Shown here piece after piece: positions 10,121 through 18,895 of a DNA stretch of 64,000 nucleotides; the stretch's first letter is position 1, and every line of letters begins with the position of its first letter. Source of the DNA: a bacterium (GTDB taxonomy: Bacteria; Hinthialibacterota; Hinthialibacteria; Hinthialibacterales; Hinthialibacteraceae); contig CAXXMV010000002.1 of the NCBI GenBank assembly GCA_963662285.2, forward strand, positions 768,001 through 832,000. Reading direction: 5' to 3'. The notes beneath the pieces are model-generated. The model saw nothing but the letters and a program-made list of their open reading frames with translations, made no database searches and had not been told where the DNA came from. A program made the position numbers and the translations under genes.

Positions 10121-10801
10121 ATGGATGCTCAACAACTAAATATCTATCAGAGAATTAATAAGGTGATGCAGGATGTTGCCTACATCAAGAAAAATGGGCG
10201 CAATAATTTCACAAAACAATCCTACGTATCTCATAACGATGTTGTCGCCCTCTTTCGCGAACCTTTAATACAACATGGCATCGTAGTCACGATAGAGTTC
10301 ACCAGCAGTAGTAGAAAAGAAATTGAAGAAAAAACTAAAATCTCCCATTTTACAGAGATATCCGCCAGAGCATGGTTTATTAATATCGATGTCCCAGAAG
10401 ACCGAACTTATATCGATGTAATGGCTCATGGTTCGGATTACAACGATCTCGGCCCAGGAAAGGCAATGTCTTATCTCAAAAAATACACCTTGCTCAACAT
10501 GTTCCTTGTCGAAACGGGAGAGAAGGACGCCGAATACGATTCAATGGGTAAAAATGGCGTCGCCCGTTATAGAGGCAATAATGGCGCCGCAACCCAAAAA
10601 TCAAGTTACCTGCCTGATCTTTACGACAGATTCCAAAAAGTCTGCAACACTCAGTTATACAATCCAATCAATACAATTCTCAAAGAAACTGATTTTCCAA
10701 CATTTGCAAATACAGATGATTTCGCCAGCGATATCCTGATAAATATTCTCCATAAACAGCGTGAAGAATTAACCAAAGAATTGGTTGATTATTTCGAATA
10801 A
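10121..10801 (+). CDS. ERF-family phage single-strand annealing recombinase
   Basis: NIYQRINKVMQDV..IKKNG.N.F...Y and GKAMSYLKKYTLLNMFLVETGE.DAE (ERF signature); GGAGG RBS before ATG 10121. Confidence 0.82.
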   Translation: MDAQQLNIYQRINKVMQDVAYIKKNGRNNFTKQSYVSHNDVVALFREPLIQHGIVVTIEFTSSSRKEIEEKTKISHFTEISARAWFINIDVPEDRTYIDVMAHGSDYNDLGPGKAMSYLKKYTLLNMFLVETGEKDAEYDSMGKNGVARYRGNNGAATQKSSYLPDLYDRFQKVCNTQLYNPINTILKETDFPTFANTDDFASDILINILHKQREELTKELVDYFE

Positions 10802-10905
10802 AAATTCAGACCTCCTGAGCTCACCCGTGGTTTGCGGTTCTCGCGGGATTTTGTTAGGATACTGGAGGGAAGGCCAATCCTGCAGAGTATGAGGGAGTTA
10901 AAAAA

Positions 10906-11370
10906 ATGCCGCAGACCTTATTACCTCTATTCGCATCAGGCGAAGGATTCATATCCGAGTTGATTTCCTATCAAAAAAAAGATGGATCGGTGTACTACTT
11001 TCATGCCGGATTACCGGTTTTCAGTCATGGGGAAACCGACCTGAAAAGTTACCGCATGTTCACCAGCCAGTTGGCGGTCAGTGGAGTCTGCCGCCAAGTT
11101 GACATCATTAGAGCCTTTGGCATCAGCGCCATCAGTATGAAGCGATGGGTCAAGAAATACCGCGAGGAAGGCCCGGAAGCATTCTTCAAAACTCCGCGCC
11201 GACGTAGCGAACATGTCCTGATGCCGGAGGTGTTGCAAAAAACCCAAGACCTCTTATCGCAGGGCGTGAGCCGTTCCGAAGCAGCGAAGCAAATGAATCT
11301 AAAATCGAATACCTTGTCGAAGGCGATCTGCGCAGGCCGCTTGACCGAACCGGTAAAAAAAAAGACCTGA
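10906..11370 (+). CDS. IS OrfA, HTH DNA-binding part of a transposase
   Basis: CRQVDIIRAFGISAISMKRWVKKYREEG plus a second HTH; ends at an A9G run (11355-11364) giving in-frame A_AAA_AAG, a classic -1 frameshift motif. Confidence 0.8.
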   Translation: MPQTLLPLFASGEGFISELISYQKKDGSVYYFHAGLPVFSHGETDLKSYRMFTSQLAVSGVCRQVDIIRAFGISAISMKRWVKKYREEGPEAFFKTPRRRSEHVLMPEVLQKTQDLLSQGVSRSEAAKQMNLKSNTLSKAICAGRLTEPVKKKT

Positions 11371-11785
11371 ACGGCAGCAACAAAAGCCAGCGCAGCGCCC
11401 ACCCGTTTCGAGACCTCGCTGGACGGCTGCAATGGCGGCGCCCGAATCGGTCGGGCAATGGAGCCGCATCTTGTCACGGCATTGGATGGATAACGATCCA
11501 GAGGCGGCGGGAGTTCTGTATATTGTGCAAACTCAATTGGACCGAAGCGACGATGCCCGCTCATTGATCCGGGAAATATTTGCGACGGATACGGATCTCA
11601 TTCCGGATGAGGAAAACAAAACCTTAACGGTGCAGTTGCACCATTTGACCAACCACCTATCAGATCAAGCTGCCCGCAACTTAGCAGCGAATCTCAACGC
11701 CACAGAAACCATCTACCCCGGCATGAACTTGCGACTAATCTACAAACTGGTATCGGATGAAATTCCACCAGATCAGGAGGTCTGA
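11371..11785 (+). pseudogene. Transposase OrfB remnant (catalytic core missing)
   Basis: Short fragments in different frames (SNKSQRS / APTRFETSLD / HWMDNDPEAAGVLYI / DDARSLIREIF...YPGMNLRLIYKL); stop codon lies within the right TIR. Resembles the recalled Transposase_29-like family. Confidence 0.65.
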
Positions 11786-12412
11786 TATTATCGTTATAGT
11801 TTTAACCCAGTCGCTTTTGTTTATCCTCTGAGTATTGTTATTCCTGAGGAAGTGACGTTTTCTGACTTCAATGATGGAAAATCCATTATAGTGTGTAATC
11901 AAAGTTATATGAATAAAGATATGGAACTTGAAATTCAGTATATACCTCATGATGATAATGAATTTCTTTCCCAAAAAACTATTTTTATTTTCCGCCCTAA
12001 AGATGATACTTGGATAGAAAGTTATATCTGGATAGTAAAACTATCAAATTATAAAATAATATCGGATTTACTGTTTCCATCTTCATTTGATATCACTTTT
12101 TGTAAACAAATAAAGGATATGGATACTCAAAATATTCGGTATAATCATAATATAAGTGATGATATCATATGGGATATTGATGATGGATCGGAGGATGCAA
12201 TAGAGAATTATTATATAAAATATAATTTAAATATTAAATCTGCTGTATTTAATATTTTGGATAAATCGTCATTCTGGAAAAACGCTCCTGATGGCTATAG
12301 TTATAATGATGTTAGAGGGAAATATAAAAACTTAAGGTCGAGAAAGAGAACACTAAGCGATAAAGAAAAACAAATTATTTCAGGGGTGGGTCCGCACATA
12401 TTTGAAAAATAG
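11786..12412 (+). pseudogene. 5'-truncated AT-rich hypothetical gene
   Basis: The frame of ORF 11852..12412 is open back to the first base after the IS (YYRYSFNPVAFVYPLSIVIPEEV...), with no RBS or start of its own. Confidence 0.55.
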
Positions 12413-12517
12413 AGTACATTCTGTTGAAGAGAGCATTCTCGACACGGGTGTTTCTGAGTACTTTCGATTTTCCAATCTGCGTAATAATCAAAATATAACT
12501 AACGTTATCAGGGTGAC

Positions 12518-13048
12518 TTACATTACCGGCGGAGAAATTTTTCTATGGCGGGTTATCCGGTAAACCGCTATGGCTGCTATGGCGATTAGAATAGCTGCTT
12601 GTATAGAGCGTTTTTCTGTATATCGGCTATACAGAAAAATGGCTAATCCAAGAATAATTAATTCTAATAACATCCAATAAGGTATAAAGATTGTGAGCGG
12701 CTTCTCCATAATATCCAGGATATCTATCCCGTCGGGATAATCATATTCAATAAATGGCCAGAACCAGGGCACGAAATCTGCATCGCCGATCAGGTGCGCC
12801 AAGTGACCGATCATGTACGAATATGCAATCCGCCAGTTGAAGATGAGATGAACTGCTAATGTGACTACCGCAACGCCAAGCAGACTATGCATGGGGCAGC
12901 GTCCGTAGGGCGTTATATAGAAGATATCGTTGAGAGGTTTATCAATCAGGTCAGGTAGAAATCCGCCAGCGATGACCGGAATTAGATCAGCGTTGAAATA
13001 GCGGGCGCCGAGGATGGAAAATGCCAAATGACCGGGTACAGGATACAT
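12518..13048 (-). CDS. YdjM-like membrane metal-dependent hydrolase
   Basis: GH, LPDLIDKP, HSLL, GHLAHLIGD motifs; TM segments. Confidence 0.8.
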   Translation of the reverse strand: MYPVPGHLAFSILGARYFNADLIPVIAGGFLPDLIDKPLNDIFYITPYGRCPMHSLLGVAVVTLAVHLIFNWRIAYSYMIGHLAHLIGDADFVPWFWPFIEYDYPDGIDILDIMEKPLTIFIPYWMLLELIILGLAIFLYSRYTEKRSIQAAILIAIAAIAVYRITRHRKISPPVM

Positions 13049-13161
13049 TGCGTTCTACTTTTTAATATGATGACAGGATATTAGCAGGGGCGATGTTGAA
13101 TGCAAGGGACTAATAATATGCAGGTTGTTGTTTTGCACTCTGTATATGGTTAACACAAAAG

Positions 13162-13192
13162 AAAAAAGGCGGTCTCATGCGAGACCGCCTTT
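13162..13192 (-). terminator. Rho-independent terminator
   Basis: AAAGGCGGTCTC-gcat-GAGACCGCCTTTTTT on the minus strand, after the 13216 stop. Confidence 0.8.
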
Positions 13193-13215
13193 GATTGATC
13201 ATAGGGTGATTAAGA

Positions 13216-14700
13216 TTAAAATAGCGACCATTCCGCAACTGGAGTTGAACCACTGCCAGCTAGAGTCAGTTCGCCGTAGGACGATTCATTATGGGCGCGT
13301 CCATTCCACATAAGCTGGGTTTTGGGTTGTGTTGCGAGGCTGTCATCATCGTTGACGGCAATGTCAAAACCGATTGTGGAACCATCTTCAGGATTAACAA
13401 CCAGATATTCTTTGACGATTTTGAATTCAACCTGGAATCCTGTATCGGTCATACTGGTTGCGGCGAACCAATCGCCATTCTCGTCAAAGAATGGATTGTT
13501 GGCTTCGACATCTCGCCAGGCGCCGTTGGCTGTCAGGACATACTGGCCTTCATATATCGACTCTGCGCTGCGTCCCCGGTCACCGGAAGCATCGGCGTCG
13601 ATAAAGATTTCTACGCTGTCGTCATTCCATGTGCTGCCATCTTCGGAACCTGCAGTTGCTGAATCGGTGACAACCAAATCGTCTGTTACACTAACAGCGA
13701 CATAAATGGCTTCGTCGTCGTGAATTACCCAGGCGTTCCAATCGTGATCGCCGATTGTCCAGTCATCGTTGCCATTGTATACACCGTTGAAATGATTGAT
13801 GACGATTTCGTCTGCCCCGGCATATTCAGCAGCGTTTATGACGCCATCAACAGTTGGGGCGGCTGTCTTGGGAGCAGTATAACTTCTTGGTCCCATGACT
13901 AAGTTGCCGTAGGTAACTTCTTCGTGAGTGTTACCAATCCAGGTGTACTGATTTTCAATTCCATCGCCCGTATCATCGTCATTTACGCAAATAGTGAAAC
14001 CGATGATGTCGCCCGGTTGGGGATTTCCAATCGTGCTAAGTGAGATTCGGAATTCGGCGTCGTAAGTACCCATGCCTTGATCATCTTCGGACATGGTTGT
14101 TAGAGCGTACCAAGCCGCATCCGGGCCATAACCGGGGTTGCCTGCTTCTGCTTCACGGTATGCATTATTGATGGTAATTACGTATTGACCGCCAGTGTCG
14201 ACTATTTCAGGATTAGAGCCAGTAGTGTCTCGATCTACAAAATTACTGTTGTCTCCATCCACGAAGACTTCGATGCTGTCATCTTCCCAGGTCGAACCGT
14301 TTGCGGAACCAGCTTCTGCTGAGTCGTCGTAAAGAATATCGTCTGCGACTCGCACCGCTACATAGAGATTATCGGCATCATAGCCAACCCACATTTGCAC
14401 GCGCAAATCTTCTTCATACAGAGGTCCTTCACCCACTGATGGATTTGCAACTGCGCCTTCCATGAAATCTAAAACATTTTCGTTCCATTGCATAACCCAA
14501 TAAGATGATCCATCAGGTTGTGCTCCAGTCGCATAAACCCATGATTCACCACCGTCTAGATCGATAACTCCATCAATCACTGGCGGTGCGGGCAATGGCA
14601 TAGCCACGCGAGTCTTTGTTTCATCAAATGTTGTCCGGTCTGCGACTGCAACGCCGCATACGAGCATTGCTGTCATGGTGAATAAAAAAAACTTCTGCAT
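13216..14700 (-). CDS. Secreted acidic protein with two CBM9-like (DOMON) sugar-binding domains and a C-terminal W-x-L-F tail
   Basis: Signal peptide (VAVA); two repeats P.IDG...W..DA.NLYVAV.V.DD...WEDDSIEVFVD...GF.I.VNDDD; ends GSTPVAEWSLF. Confidence 0.8.
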   Translation of the reverse strand: MQKFFLFTMTAMLVCGVAVADRTTFDETKTRVAMPLPAPPVIDGVIDLDGGESWVYATGAQPDGSSYWVMQWNENVLDFMEGAVANPSVGEGPLYEEDLRVQMWVGYDADNLYVAVRVADDILYDDSAEAGSANGSTWEDDSIEVFVDGDNSNFVDRDTTGSNPEIVDTGGQYVITINNAYREAEAGNPGYGPDAAWYALTTMSEDDQGMGTYDAEFRISLSTIGNPQPGDIIGFTICVNDDDTGDGIENQYTWIGNTHEEVTYGNLVMGPRSYTAPKTAAPTVDGVINAAEYAGADEIVINHFNGVYNGNDDWTIGDHDWNAWVIHDDEAIYVAVSVTDDLVVTDSATAGSEDGSTWNDDSVEIFIDADASGDRGRSAESIYEGQYVLTANGAWRDVEANNPFFDENGDWFAATSMTDTGFQVEFKIVKEYLVVNPEDGSTIGFDIAVNDDDSLATQPKTQLMWNGRAHNESSYGELTLAGSGSTPVAEWSLF

Positions 14701-14877
14701 AGAAAAACCTCCGATAAAATAAGTATTAATTTATAAGTCGAATATGATCATGTCACATAAATATAGATATTGTCAATGGTTAGAGCGATAAATTGTATTT
14801 TATTGGCGTTGGAGCAGTTCTCGATAATTTGTTCGTGTATAATTATCGAGAACCGTTCTAACGGGTAGGTGTTATAA

Positions 14878-15636
14878 ATGAAAATTACATTATTTATGAG
14901 ACGAGAATGTTGCGGCGCGGCATTAGTCTTCATGATAATCGCCCTAACGCCAGCTTTAGGTTTTGGTCAGCCCCAAGGACCTCAATGGCTTGGATTGGAA
15001 GGAGCGGCCAACTCGCGCGATGCAGGCGGCTATATCAACCAAAAAGGCCAGATCGTTCGCCGAGGGTTGCTATTGCGCTCTAACGCATTAGGCGGTTTAA
15101 CCGATGCGGGCTGCGTCCAGTTCGCGGAGTTGAAGGTCAAAACTGTGGTTGATTTCCGCATGGACTGGCAGGTGGATGCCTTGCCTGACCCCGTCTGCGT
15201 CATGGATATGGCTAATTATAATCATCATCCCATCGATATTATCGGCGTCACCTGGGAAGAGGTCTATACCAATATTGTCAACCTCTATTCCGAATCAATT
15301 ACTAAGACTTTTAACCTATTAGCCGATTCCGGAAATCTTCCATTATTGGTTCATTGCGCCGCAGGCAAGGATCGCACCGGGATCTTTGTAGCATTGGTTC
15401 ATAAACTGTTAGGAGTGAGTGACCAGGATATCATGCAAGACTTTCTTCTCTCGCTAGAAGCTAATTATAATGTCTCCTCCGGCTGGCTGGAGACCATTTT
15501 GACTCTGATCGAACAAGAAGGTGGCATAGAAACCTTCCTAACCAATCGCGGCGTCACCCCCCAAACCCAAAACGCCGTGCAGCGTAATTTACTGACTACG
15601 TCCAGTCGCGTGAGTCAATGGTCATTGTATGATTGA
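14878..15636 (+). CDS. Secreted protein-tyrosine/lipid phosphatase (Y_phosphatase3, MptpB/LipA-like)
   Basis: N.RD.GGY, LLRS, VVDFR, P-loop HCAAGKDRTG, IMQDFLLS; signal peptide; ends TSSRVSQWSLYD. Confidence 0.87.
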   Translation: MKITLFMRRECCGAALVFMIIALTPALGFGQPQGPQWLGLEGAANSRDAGGYINQKGQIVRRGLLLRSNALGGLTDAGCVQFAELKVKTVVDFRMDWQVDALPDPVCVMDMANYNHHPIDIIGVTWEEVYTNIVNLYSESITKTFNLLADSGNLPLLVHCAAGKDRTGIFVALVHKLLGVSDQDIMQDFLLSLEANYNVSSGWLETILTLIEQEGGIETFLTNRGVTPQTQNAVQRNLLTTSSRVSQWSLYD

Positions 15637-15683
15637 TCTCCTTATTCAATCTTTGACATTCTCAACCTATGGGATAAAGCGAA

Positions 15684-15833
15684 GTAGGATGGGACAAAGC
15701 AATTGAAATTCTCTTCATTTCAACTACCCTGGCAGCGTGTCCCATCAAAACCACTCAAGAATCAAAAGTGATTCCTATGGGACACGCTACGGAGGTAGTT
15801 TTGAGGAAAAGTTTTTTTGCTTTGTCCCATCTA
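15684..15833. repeat. GTAG-type REP doublet (REPIN-like inverted pair)
   Basis: GTAGGATGGGACAAAGCAA...CAACTACC...GCGTGTCCCAT is inverted against ATGGGACACGCT...GGTAGTT...TTGCTTTGTCCCATCTA. Confidence 0.7.
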
Positions 15834-15834
15834 T

Positions 15835-15955
15835 GACGAAACGGTAAAAAGTCAAAAACTGTTTTTATGACCACAATACTTAGTGGATATTCATAAGACT
15901 TATATACAAGATATAGTGTGAGTTTCGTCTTTCATCTACTTTTTGCCGACTCATC
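15835..15955. mobile_element. 121-bp MITE, copy 1
   Basis: Imperfect TIR GACGAAACGGTAAAAAGT / ACTTTTTGCCGACTCATC; flanked by direct repeat ATCTAT; near-identical copy at 28808-28928. Confidence 0.85.
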
Positions 15956-16178
15956 ATCTATGATGCGCTTTGTTCTTAACACAAATACTCCCCAATTTTT
16001 CTAATTAATAATTTATAATATTTCCTAAATACAATCGATGCAATATCGTTCAGATTGCATTTATCTATTATCATAAATTCGGTATAATCATACATTTAGT
16101 ATTATTTATATTTTTTTTCTCGTATATTTATGTAGAAATAAGTAATAATAAATTAATGATTTAAATTACAACTTCTGC

Positions 16179-16208
16179 TTGACATGATTCTGTTTTTGTG
16201 ATTAGTAT
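16179..16208 (+). promoter_or_regulatory. Putative sigma70 promoter
   Basis: TTGACA (16179)-18 bp-TAGTAT, upstream of GGAGG and ATG 16249. Confidence 0.45.
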
Positions 16209-16248
16209 TAAATCATGAAGCATTCATAACACATCTCAGGAGGACAGC

Positions 16249-17958
16249 ATGAACAGAATTGCAGCAATGGTCATGTCCGGTTTTTTGGCGCTTTTTTGCC
16301 TTCCAACCGGGTTCGCACAGGATTAGCAGCCGGTTCCGGTTTCGGAGTATGCCAAGAAATCCGGGCCAAACACTCTTACCTTCCTCAGTTACCCCAAGTA
16401 TTACAAAGACGCTGAGCAGAAACTTACATTGGTAAAAACCAATCTGGTTGAGTCCGGCGATCCCCAGTGGGATTACGAGGTCACCACGGGCATCTGGACT
16501 TTGCGGGTGCGCACTGATGGAACCTTCCAGGCCGAACATCAGGGCGACATCTTCAGTTACCAGTTGTCCGGCGTTGGAGTCGGTCGCGGGGAAGCCTTCA
16601 AGGCCTTCGATTGGGGAACGCCCGTCTGGAAGAACTACCAGATCATGGGGGATACGATCCGCTGGTCGGATGTTTTTCCTGACGTCGATCTCTCGGTGCG
16701 ATATATTCACGATATCCTAAAAGTTGACGTAATCGTGAAGGCGGCGTTGATGAATCAGATTCGGGACGAAGTGCAAAAAGGCAACCTCAATGCAGAGGAT
16801 TACCTGACTGCGCGTTTCGATATCCCCGGAGTCGCGGAAATGTCAGCCAACCTCGGCGACCTGGCTAAAGCGCCGGAAGGCGATGTTGTGATTGATCCAT
16901 CTGAAGATTTTAATAATTCAGATCTTGATACATTGTTAGTCGATGGAAGTGGACCGTATGGTTCTAGTGGAATTGTTGATTGGGGTGGTGATGACCGCCT
17001 TCTTTTTGGCTTTGATGTTAGTGTTTTTCCATCTTATAGTGAAATCGATTCTTCATCTCTTCGATTCAAAATATATCAGAACCGTACGGCGGCTGATGCG
17101 GCATTTACTGCTTATAAAGTTACAACCTCTTGGGATGAATCTACTGCTGATTGGGATACTCCGTGGAGTACGGACGGAGGTGACTATGATAGTAGTGTTA
17201 GTACAGGGAATATAGTTATTCTTTACGATTACGAAGGTAGGTTTGAAAATCTAGATGTATCAAACATCTTGAACTCACATCTTAGCAATTCAGAAGATGA
17301 TGTTAAAACAAAAGGAGTCTTGTTGAAACGCAATGCTTCTTACGACACAAGCAATATTCGTATTTATACAAACAATGCGACATATTCTGATGATCGCCCG
17401 ATATGAACAGTGGATTATACTACTGTTCATAAACTAACATTCTACAAGCATCAAAATACGAGTTTCAACATAAGCACTGCAGATTCTTGGATTTCTTCTG
17501 GAAATTTTGCAATTCAGACAGATGATAGTGGAGTGCCTATTGGAGATGATTACGTAGCCAAGGCTGAAATGCAAAGAGAAGGCAGTCTTTCAATGCCAGG
17601 AGATATTGCGGATAATTTTACAGCTGTATTGGATGTTTCTGATAAAACTGATATTTTTGAGTTACTTTCAAATGATGCTACTGGAGAACATAAAGTCTAC
17701 ATTGTTAGTGAAATAAATATTGATGGTTCTGTGTATTTTGGATATGCTCAAGTTTTTGGACGATGTATGATTCATGATGATGTTGCTAATTCTAAAACCT
17801 TGATACATGAACTTGGGCATAATGTAGGTTTAAGACATACGCTGGAAACTTCGGATTATTGGTATTTTATTATGCATCCAGGTGGCGGCGGCGATTATAA
17901 GCGTTTTTTAAGGGCTGAAGATGTGACAAGGTTTGAGAAAAAACAGTGTTGCGATTAA
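16249..17958 (+). pseudogene. Secreted DNRLRE-domain / metzincin metalloprotease gene with two in-frame stops
   Basis: GGAGG RBS, signal peptide MNRIAAMVMSGFLALFCLPTGFA, TAG at 16324; same frame continues through ORF 16429..17406 (VVIDPS; RLLFGFDVS, VTTSWDESTADW: DNRLRE-like); TGA 17404 within RPI*TVDY; then ORF 17410..17958 with HELGHNVGLRH and Met-turn IMHP. Confidence 0.78.
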
Positions 17959-17974
17959 ACAAGGAGAAAATACA

Positions 17975-18703
17975 ATGAAAATCAATACTAAATCAGTTAA
18001 TATGTTACTACTCATAATCGTCTTTTTTACTCCATTATCTTATGGTGAGATTCTGGATGATGGTGATATACATGATACATTTACTGATCAGGATCACACA
18101 GTCTTAAACAATTACCATGAGAATGATTTAGAAAAGAAGATTGAAGATATATCAATAAAAGATTACATTATTGATAAAATACAAAATGGTAAAGATGCAA
18201 TCGAAATCAGAAATGGATATAGTTTGATATATGCATTGACAGAACAGCATCAATTATACTTCGAACCTATCCTCATAGAACATATCACGAAGCAAATAAA
18301 CAGCGAAACCCTTTCTTATAAATATGAAATAATCGAGGGTAATGTTGTTTTATTAAGTGCGTTATACACAATAGGAATTATCAGAACAGAGAAATCCATT
18401 GATTTTTTACTTCAATTAATAGAACCAGTCGATCTATGGCGAGACTCTTTGAAGAAAGCGATTCAAAAGAATAATGATAGGGATATTTTGATCGAAGAAA
18501 TTCGCATTCGGTCAATGGGGTCTTTACTACAGCCGCAAGATGAAATAGGTAAGGAATTATTGGGCGTTATCGAAAAGAAGATCGGAAATTTCACAAGTGA
18601 TGATCCTCTTAAATCAAGAATGGAAAAGAAGATTAATACATGGAAGAAGATATATGCTAAGATAGATTCAAGTGGAAATGGCCTCTTTGAAAATATCAAG
18701 TGA
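17975..18703 (+). CDS. Exported AT-rich hypothetical protein, helical/HEAT-like; possible cognate inhibitor or immunity protein
   Basis: AGGAG RBS 16 bp after the protease stop; signal peptide; ALYTIGIIRTEKSIDFLLQLI HEAT-like segment. Confidence 0.6.
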   Translation: MKINTKSVNMLLLIIVFFTPLSYGEILDDGDIHDTFTDQDHTVLNNYHENDLEKKIEDISIKDYIIDKIQNGKDAIEIRNGYSLIYALTEQHQLYFEPILIEHITKQINSETLSYKYEIIEGNVVLLSALYTIGIIRTEKSIDFLLQLIEPVDLWRDSLKKAIQKNNDRDILIEEIRIRSMGSLLQPQDEIGKELLGVIEKKIGNFTSDDPLKSRMEKKINTWKKIYAKIDSSGNGLFENIK

Positions 18704-18784
18704 CCTCTTTCTTCATGTATTGAACTTTGACCGATTGAAATAAAAAATCGCGGGTGACACCGTCCGTGTGTAAAAGCAATAACC

Positions 18785-18824
18785 ATCCCCGGAGTGTGGA
18801 ACGCCCAACCCCGCCTCCGGGGAT
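18785..18824. repeat. GC-rich hairpin repeat, copy 1
   Basis: ATCCCCGGAGTGTGGA...CCGCCTCCGGGGAT; second copy at 20009-20046. Confidence 0.75.
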
Positions 18825-18895
18825 TCATACTTCATTTTTTGATTGGGAGCCGCGCGCCAGGGGTATTAATAACACATCTAGGAAGGAGAGCAACT

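Larger units (their letters stand above)
10806..11785 (+). mobile_element. Internally deleted insertion sequence (about 980 bp) with 16-bp terminal inverted repeats
   Basis: Left end TCAGACCTCCTGAGCT vs reverse complement of right end TCAGACCTCCTGATCT (1 mismatch); GC-rich relative to flanks; no target duplication visible. Confidence 0.85.

Noticed and set aside
9754-17958. Stop-codon reassignment or pyrrolysine/selenocysteine read-through (in-frame TAG 9922, TAG 16324, TGA 17404)
   Set aside because: TAG and TGA end intact conserved genes here (wzm, hemL, pfkB, ECF sigma); the TGA sits where Leu is expected (RPI-L-TVDY); all cases lie in a decaying accessory region. Nonsense mutation is simpler.
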